Assembly: GCF_009914755.1 (NCBI RefSeq)
Contig: NC_060941.1
Origin: the human T2T-CHM13v2.0 reference genome, Homo sapiens
DNA: 64,000 nucleotides
Direction: 5' to 3' (one strand)
Shown: positions 56,168 through 64,000 of the stretch, piece after piece
How positions within the stretch are numbered: the first letter of the stretch is position 1
Layout: each line of letters begins with the position of its first letter
Notes under the pieces: model-generated
Seen by the model: the letters and a program-made list of their open reading frames with translations, nothing else
What the model was told of the DNA's origin: nothing
Database searches by the model: none
Translations under genes and position numbers: made by a program

Positions 56168-57023
56168 TAAATCTCATTACATTATAATATAATAAGATAG
56201 ATAGGTATACTTTGGGGAGACGACTCCCCCTAGACCTAGATCTTCTCCTAGGTCAGCCTGATCTGAATCTTACAGAAGGCACCAGAGTAGGCTGGAGCAG
56301 ATGCCAAGGCTTGGAAAGACTCTGCAAATATGTTGTGAAGTGTCAACCTCAAAAGGTTAACTAGGAAGCTACTAAAGGATCTTGGCAGTTTAAAGTAGGT
56401 AAAGATATTTTCAAGGAGATCGGCCTTTAGCAGGGGAAAATTATGCTGAGTGAGGAGGTTAAAAGGGGGTGGGATAACCAGTTAGAGTTGAGAGCTATTC
56501 TGCATTAGCACTTAAGCAGCCTGGGCATGCGGCCAAATCTCTTGGGTTAATGTTTCTTCTCCTTTGTTGTCCAGGATTAGGCAACAATGTGGCCTTCTGT
56601 CATTTTGCATTTCTTTGTCTGTTAAAAAGAGTCAATAACCTGCATTCTCTTTGGACCCAGAATATTTGGCCATCATCTTTCCCCTAGCACAGAAACAATG
56701 ACATTCTGGTATTGATGTATTGGTACCGGACATTGTGGGGAGATGTCAAGATGGTGATTAAAGTTCTGATCCTTTGGAAATCAGTGTTTATGGGAAGGTA
56801 CTAAACATTACAAGAAGCTAAGAATGCGAAGGACAAATATTTAGAGAAAATCTCCAAGAACAAACTCTTCCAGATAGCGACAAAGTTTGTATTCGTGTGC
56901 CAACAATTCTTGTCTCTCTTGATAATACTATTTTTTGCCATGAAATGTGGGTTATTACAGTGATGGGGAAGAGAGGCTGAATCAGAAAGGATGTTGACAT
57001 TTGGCAACAGAAGAAAGGGTTTG

Positions 57024-57326
57024 TATTTTTATTTATTTATTTTTTGAGACAGGGTCTCATTCTTTCACTGAGGCTGGAGTGCAGTGATGCCATCTTAGCT
57101 CACTGCAACCTCTGCCTCCTGGGCTGAAGCAATCCTCCCACCTCAGCCTCCCGAGTAGCTGGGACTACAGGCATGCACTACCTTCCTCTGCTGATTTTTG
57201 TCTTTTTAGTGGAGACGGGGTTTCACCATGTTGCCCAGGCTGGTCTTGAACTCCTGGGCTCAAGCGATCAGCACACCTCAGCCTCCCAAAGTGCTGGATT
57301 ACAGGTGTGAGTCACCGTGCTCTGCC
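57024..57326 (-). mobile_element. AluJ-type
   Basis: TSD AGAAAGGGTTT. Confidence 0.9.
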
Positions 57327-57716
57327 AGAAAGGGTTTTTTAAATCTTGCAGTGTACCCTTCAGGACGGCTGAAAGCATGACTTTGTGGGCTCCTTTTTTG
57401 TACTTTGGCTTCACAAGGGGAATGACATCTCCCAAGTGACTCTGTCTGACTGGTCTTTGTCATTATTATTACCTCATTTACTTAGTACTTCCTAATATTA
57501 GACATCGTACTAAGTGTTTTACGTGTATTATTCCATTTACTTTTCACAAAAAAAAACTCATGAAGTAGGAACTATTAACGTTCTCTTCATACAAAGAAAA
57601 CTGAGTCATAATCCCACCACTGGTGAGCTTTTGGTGATGTGTAGCATCTGGATACTGGAAAAGAAGTCCCTAGTTGAGGTGCTAAGAGAGAGGAACAAAC
57701 ATATTTAGAGCAACTT

Positions 57717-58016
57717 GCTGGGTGCAGTGACTCAAGCCTGTAATCCCAGTACTTTGGGAGGCTGAGGTGGGAGGATTGCTTGAGCCCAGGATTTTGAGAC
57801 CAGCTTGGGCAACATCATGAAACCCCATCTCTACTAAAAATACAAAAATTAGCCAGGAGTGGTGGCACATTGCTGTAGTCCCAGCTACTTAGGAGGCTGA
57901 GGCATGAAAATCATTTGAATTCAAGAGGCAGAGGTTGCAGTGAGCTGAGATTATGACATTGTACTCCAGCTTGTGTGACAGAGTGAGACTCTGTCTCAAA
58001 ATAAAATAAAATAAAA
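57717..58016 (+). mobile_element. AluJ-type
   Basis: Dimer with tail. Confidence 0.9.
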
Positions 58017-58298
58017 ATGAATAAATGAAACATACACATTTGAATTTTCATTCATTCATATTTTGCTTCCTTCCATGAGTTGGGCATTGTATTGGGACTG
58101 GGAATACAATAATGAACAGATGCAGGTCACAGGCTATTGAGAGTCCAGTAATTCAAATAGTTGTAATGCAATATGAGAAGTGTCATGATACAGAGCAATG
58201 TTTTCAAAACTTTTCTAATGATGGGAATCCCCAGGGCCGCTTGTGAAATATGGAACTTAACTTACCAGACTTTTCTCATGTAAATTCTGAGGTTTTAG

Positions 58299-58628
<330 letters not shown>

Positions 58629-59054
58629 TAGAATCTGTTTTTTAACTAACACTAAAGTTGAGTCGTATATTCAGGAAAGTCTGGGAAGCATAGATGTAAA
58701 GGTGTGTGCCCAAATGCTCGAGAAACCTAAGGTGGGGTGTCTACTCAGCCTGGGGAGTTAAGGATGGCCTCACAGAGAAGGTGACAGCTGAAGAGGAGGT
58801 GCAGGAACAGAAGTTATTTCACACCCCAGCAGGGGACCCTACCCTTGTGTTCTAAGGTGTGAAAGTATGAGCAAACATTGACCTATTTAGGACACTGAGA
58901 GCAATCAGACACTGTGGAAGTCAAAATATACAAAGAGAAATAGCAAGGGATAAGGCTGGAGAGAAAGTGAGGGCCAGGCTATGAAAATCCTGGAATGCCA
59001 TGTGAAGAAATATAGATTGATGGAGATGCTTTTTAGACTGCCTTGGTTCTTATT

Positions 59055-59155
59055 TCTATTTTATATATTATCATATCATATTTTATATATTTATACATTA
59101 GTATATAATATTTATATATTGTATACTATAATATATTGTTATATTTATATTTACT
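59055..59155. repeat. AT-rich low-complexity tract
   Basis: Degenerate TATA/ATAT repeat. Confidence 0.85.
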
Positions 59156-59158
59156 GAA

Positions 59159-59435
59159 ATTTTTTTTTTTTGAGACAGGGTCTCTCTGTCACCTAGGCCG
59201 GAGTGCAGTGGTGCAGCCTCAACCTCCTGGTATCAAGAGATCCTCCCACCTCAGCCTCCTGAGTAGCTAGGACCACAGGTGTGCACCACCATGCCTGGCT
59301 AATTTTTGTATTTTTTGTAGAGACAGGATTTCACCATGTTGCCCAGGCTGGTCTTGTACTCCTGGGCTCAAGCGATCTGCCCTCCTCAGTGTTCCAAAGT
59401 GCTGGGATTACAGGCATGAGCCACTGTGCTTGGCC
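59159..59435 (-). mobile_element. AluJ-type with small deletion
   Basis: TSD TATTTACTGAAATT. Confidence 0.9.
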
Positions 59436-59798
59436 TATTTACTGAAATTAATTCCTTTTAAATTTTCCTTAGACAAGACTCAGTGGAGTATCATGGAGGA
59501 ATGAGAGGCTTGTTTCTCTGGTTCTCAGCAAAAGGGCATTGGCCACACTGCTGGGAACAGAGGTGGTAATTTTAGTGAAGGGAATCAAAATGAGAGAGCC
59601 CAGATAGAGAGGTGGGCCTCACAGCGAATGGCTGAGAAAGACTGGAGCAGCTGTCATTGCCTTCTTGAGACCTTTTCTGATCAAACCAAAGAGGACATTC
59701 TACTTTGTTTTTGTAAGACTAAATGCTTTCTATACAAAACCAGAGCTTAATGTTTAGATGTAAAATAGTGAAACCCCAAAATACATTAAAAGTATGTT

Positions 59799-60117
<319 letters not shown>

Positions 60118-60169
60118 TCACAAATTATAAGAAACTCTCTATATTCATTCAAAGAAATAGTACATGCTC

Positions 60170-60450
60170 AGATGCGCCCTGCTCCAGGGAAGCCTTCTCT
60201 GCCTCCTTCTCTTTCTCTCTTCCCAGTATAGGTACCTCTCTTCTGTGCTTCTGAAATACCGTGAGCATCTAAACATATTGCATACGCGTATTATGTATTT
60301 ATTTGTTTATGCTCATCGTTGCATATTATATGTTTATTTGTCTACTTCCTCCATTTCATTGTGAGCTCTTTGAAGGCAAAGAATGTGATATATTCTTTTT
60401 GTACACGTAGGAGTGAGCAAAGGCACATAAATGTCCAATAAATTTTTTTT
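60170..60450 (+). mobile_element. L2 3' fragment
   Basis: GGGAAGCCTTCTCTG...TGTGAGCTCTTTGAAGGCA...CAATAAAT. Confidence 0.65.
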
Positions 60451-60894
60451 GGAAGAGAGATTGAGAGAGAGAATACTATGTTTATTCTTTGAAACCATAC
60501 TTTTTTTTTCTTCTAGGACAGGAAGCAGCTAAATCATACATTTCATTATCAGGACTTTTGACTGCTCTGAACTGATTTCAAGAAAAATGCCTTGTTTGAA
60601 TCCAGTAGCTGATGTGGTTGAAAAGCACAAAAATATGCTCCTTTGTTAGTGCAAATTGATTCAATAATTCCATAGCTATCATCGGGATAAAGCACATTTA
60701 AGCCACATCGTTCACTGAGAACTTATGTGTTTTAAAGTGAAATTTTCAAGTCAGAATTTTAACAGAGAAAGGCAAAAATTTTTAAATATTGACTTCTAGA
60801 AGCTTGAATTCAATTAAGCTTGTTTTGCTAAGAATAATTTTTACTCAAAACTCATTAGTAAATGAAAAGAAACTCATTAGAAGATGTATATGTT

Positions 60895-61190
60895 GGCCGG
60901 GCGCGGTGGCTAATGCCTGTAATCCCAGCACTTTGGGAGGCCGAGGTGGGTGGATCACGAGGTCAGGAGTTCAAGACCAGCCTGGCCAAGATGGTGAAAC
61001 CCTGCCTCTACTAAAAATACAAAAAATTAGCCGGGCGTGGTGGCGGGCACCTGTAATCCCAGCTACTCGGGAGGCTGAGGCAGGGAATTGCTTGAACCCG
61101 GGAGGTGCAGGTTGCAGTGAGCCAAGATCGCGTCACTGCACTCCAGCCTTGGCGACAGACCGAGACTCCGTCTCAAAAAAAAAAAAAAAA
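60895..61190 (+). mobile_element. AluSg4/Sg7-like
   Basis: CCTGGCCAAGATGGTG; TSD AAGATG(T/C)ATATGTT. Confidence 0.92.
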
Positions 61191-61504
61191 GATGCATATG
61201 TTATGTACATTTAAAAAATCTCCTAGAATGGAAAGCTATTACTTTTTATTTCACATGCATCATTTCTCTCATTTTAGTATGAAACATTTAAAAATATTTT
61301 CCATTTCATCTTTAATTTGACTTAGCCCTGATTTTGTAGACTTTCTCAACATTCTGTGATTATTGCATCAGGACGATGAAATATTTCAAAACAACTATTT
61401 TATAAAACAATTAAACTTCTGGAAAAATAACCCATGTTTTTCTTCCGTTATGTCACTTCAAATGTTCATTATTGAAAACTTTCTCAGTACTTTTAATGCT
61501 TACT

Positions 61505-61753
61505 AATCAATTATTTTACAATAATTTATTGAGAAAAAATTATTCTAAAGTATTACTCTAAAGCCTTGGGTAAAAAACATATTTGGATATTTGTGACAAG
61601 TAAAACAGAAATGCCAGGCTTCAAAACAGATTAGCTTTGGCAAAGAAACATCTTGCTGAATGTAGACATACAGTATCCTCTCTCTATAAGAACAACTTAT
61701 GTTAGAATCTGTTGTTGCATATAAAAGTCTTATTTGAGTGGAAACTTGTACAT
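61505..61753 (-). other. Candidate terminal exon of a minus-strand transcript entering from the right
   Basis: TTTCATTTGACAG|ATGTAC acceptor; AATAAA at 61525-61530; unique AT-rich DNA. Confidence 0.3.
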
Positions 61754-61986
61754 CTGTCAAATGAAACTTTGTGGAAAAGATCAATTCATTTTAGGAAAAT
61801 AAGTAAAATTAATATGCAGAAAAAATAGCTTTAAAAAAGCAGTGTACGTTCATTAGCAATTTGGATTCAGACAATTTGTCAAAGGAAGCTGCTACTTGTA
61901 TTTATGAAACTGGGGCAAAATGTTGGCAGTCTTGTCGGGTCATTTTACTTGGAATCATGGACGGCTGAAGCAAAACAGGATCTTAG

Positions 61987-63150
<1,164 letters not shown>

Positions 63151-63255
63151 AAGTGAAATTTTAATCTTTATTTATGTAACCCTTGATAGTAAAAACTTTT
63201 CTAACCCTCTTATCTTTAATTATGCTGTATTTCTAAGTTGCATGGTCCTTTTATA

Positions 63256-63544
63256 GAGAGACAAGGTCTTGCTCGGTCATCCAGGCTGAAGTCCCGTGGT
63301 ATGATCATAGCTCACTACAGCCTTGAACTCCTGGGTTTAAGAGATCCTTCTGCCTCAGCCTACCAAGTAGCTAGGACTACAGATATGCACCACCATGTCC
63401 ATCTAATTTTTAAAAAAGAATTTCCTTAGAGGTGGGGTTTTGCTTTGTTGCCCAGGCTGGTCTGAAACTCCCAGCCTCAAGCGATCCTCCCACCTTGGAC
63501 TCCAGAAGTGCTGGGATTACAGGCATGGGCCTCCGTGCCTGGCC
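63256..63544 (-). mobile_element. AluJ-type
   Basis: Reverse dimer, tail decayed. Confidence 0.88.
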
Positions 63545-63865
63545 ACAAATATTTAAGTTCTTATTCTTCTATCTTCAACAGATACCTTCTTTGATTATAA
63601 AAGCAACACAATATATAATTATCAAAAACCTACAAGTCACATAATCTCCATTTTTCCAGGCTTCACCAAGTTGAGAGTACTCATGGGGCCATATTAACAG
63701 TAATACCCAAAAGTTGCTGGCTTTTACTCCCAGGCGAATCTTCTTTCCTTCTGCTCTGCCTTGCCACGTTCGGGGAAGTTCCCAGAAAATCTAAGCATGA
63801 TTTGGGGGAAGAGTCACTGATGTAATTTCCTAGACAGCCACTGGAGGGCAGCAGCTCCCTCTCAC

Positions 63866-63950
63866 CCCCGACCCCAGCCCTGAAGAGGATGCTGCCATCA
63901 GGCCCAGAGCATTCCTGAAGCAGCAAACTCTCAGTCATTGCATGGAAACT
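63866..63950 (-). other. Candidate exon (85 nt, or longer if terminal)
   Basis: TCCCCCTGTTTCTGTAG|AGTTTC...GTCGGGG|GTGAGA; frame open from the acceptor to 63681. Confidence 0.3.
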
Positions 63951-64000
63951 CTACAGAAACAGGGGGACTATCCCTCTTCCCAACTCTTGGTCACACGTTG

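Overview
Human genomic DNA: it contains an AluYb9-type element, which is human-specific, and an SVA. About 74 Alu copies or fragments make up roughly a third of the window. Other repeats include L2/MIR/L1M fragments, MaLR/ERVL/ERV1 LTRs, an internally deleted two-LTR ERVL provirus (about 45.2-48.8 kb, minus strand) and hAT/Tigger DNA transposon fossils. The two youngest insertions are a full-length SVA (41,615-43,333; 14-bp TSD) and an AluYb9 with a pure A47 run (35,678-36,012; 14-bp TSD). I saw no CpG-island promoter and no intact protein-coding gene that I recognise; most ORFs in the supplied track are Alu, SVA or LTR artefacts. The main non-repeat signal is a candidate minus-strand multi-exon locus (about 36.3 kb to 19.3 kb). 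It has a near-perfect RFX X-box, clustered 5' splice sites, several AG/GT-bounded segments in repeat-free DNA, and a terminal exon with AATAAA. Every joined reading frame is interrupted, which suggests a decayed testis/cilia-type gene or a spliced lncRNA; this is inference. A possible 3' end of another minus-strand gene lies at 61.5-64 kb. Repeat family names come from recalled consensus sequences, and most repeat boundaries are approximate.
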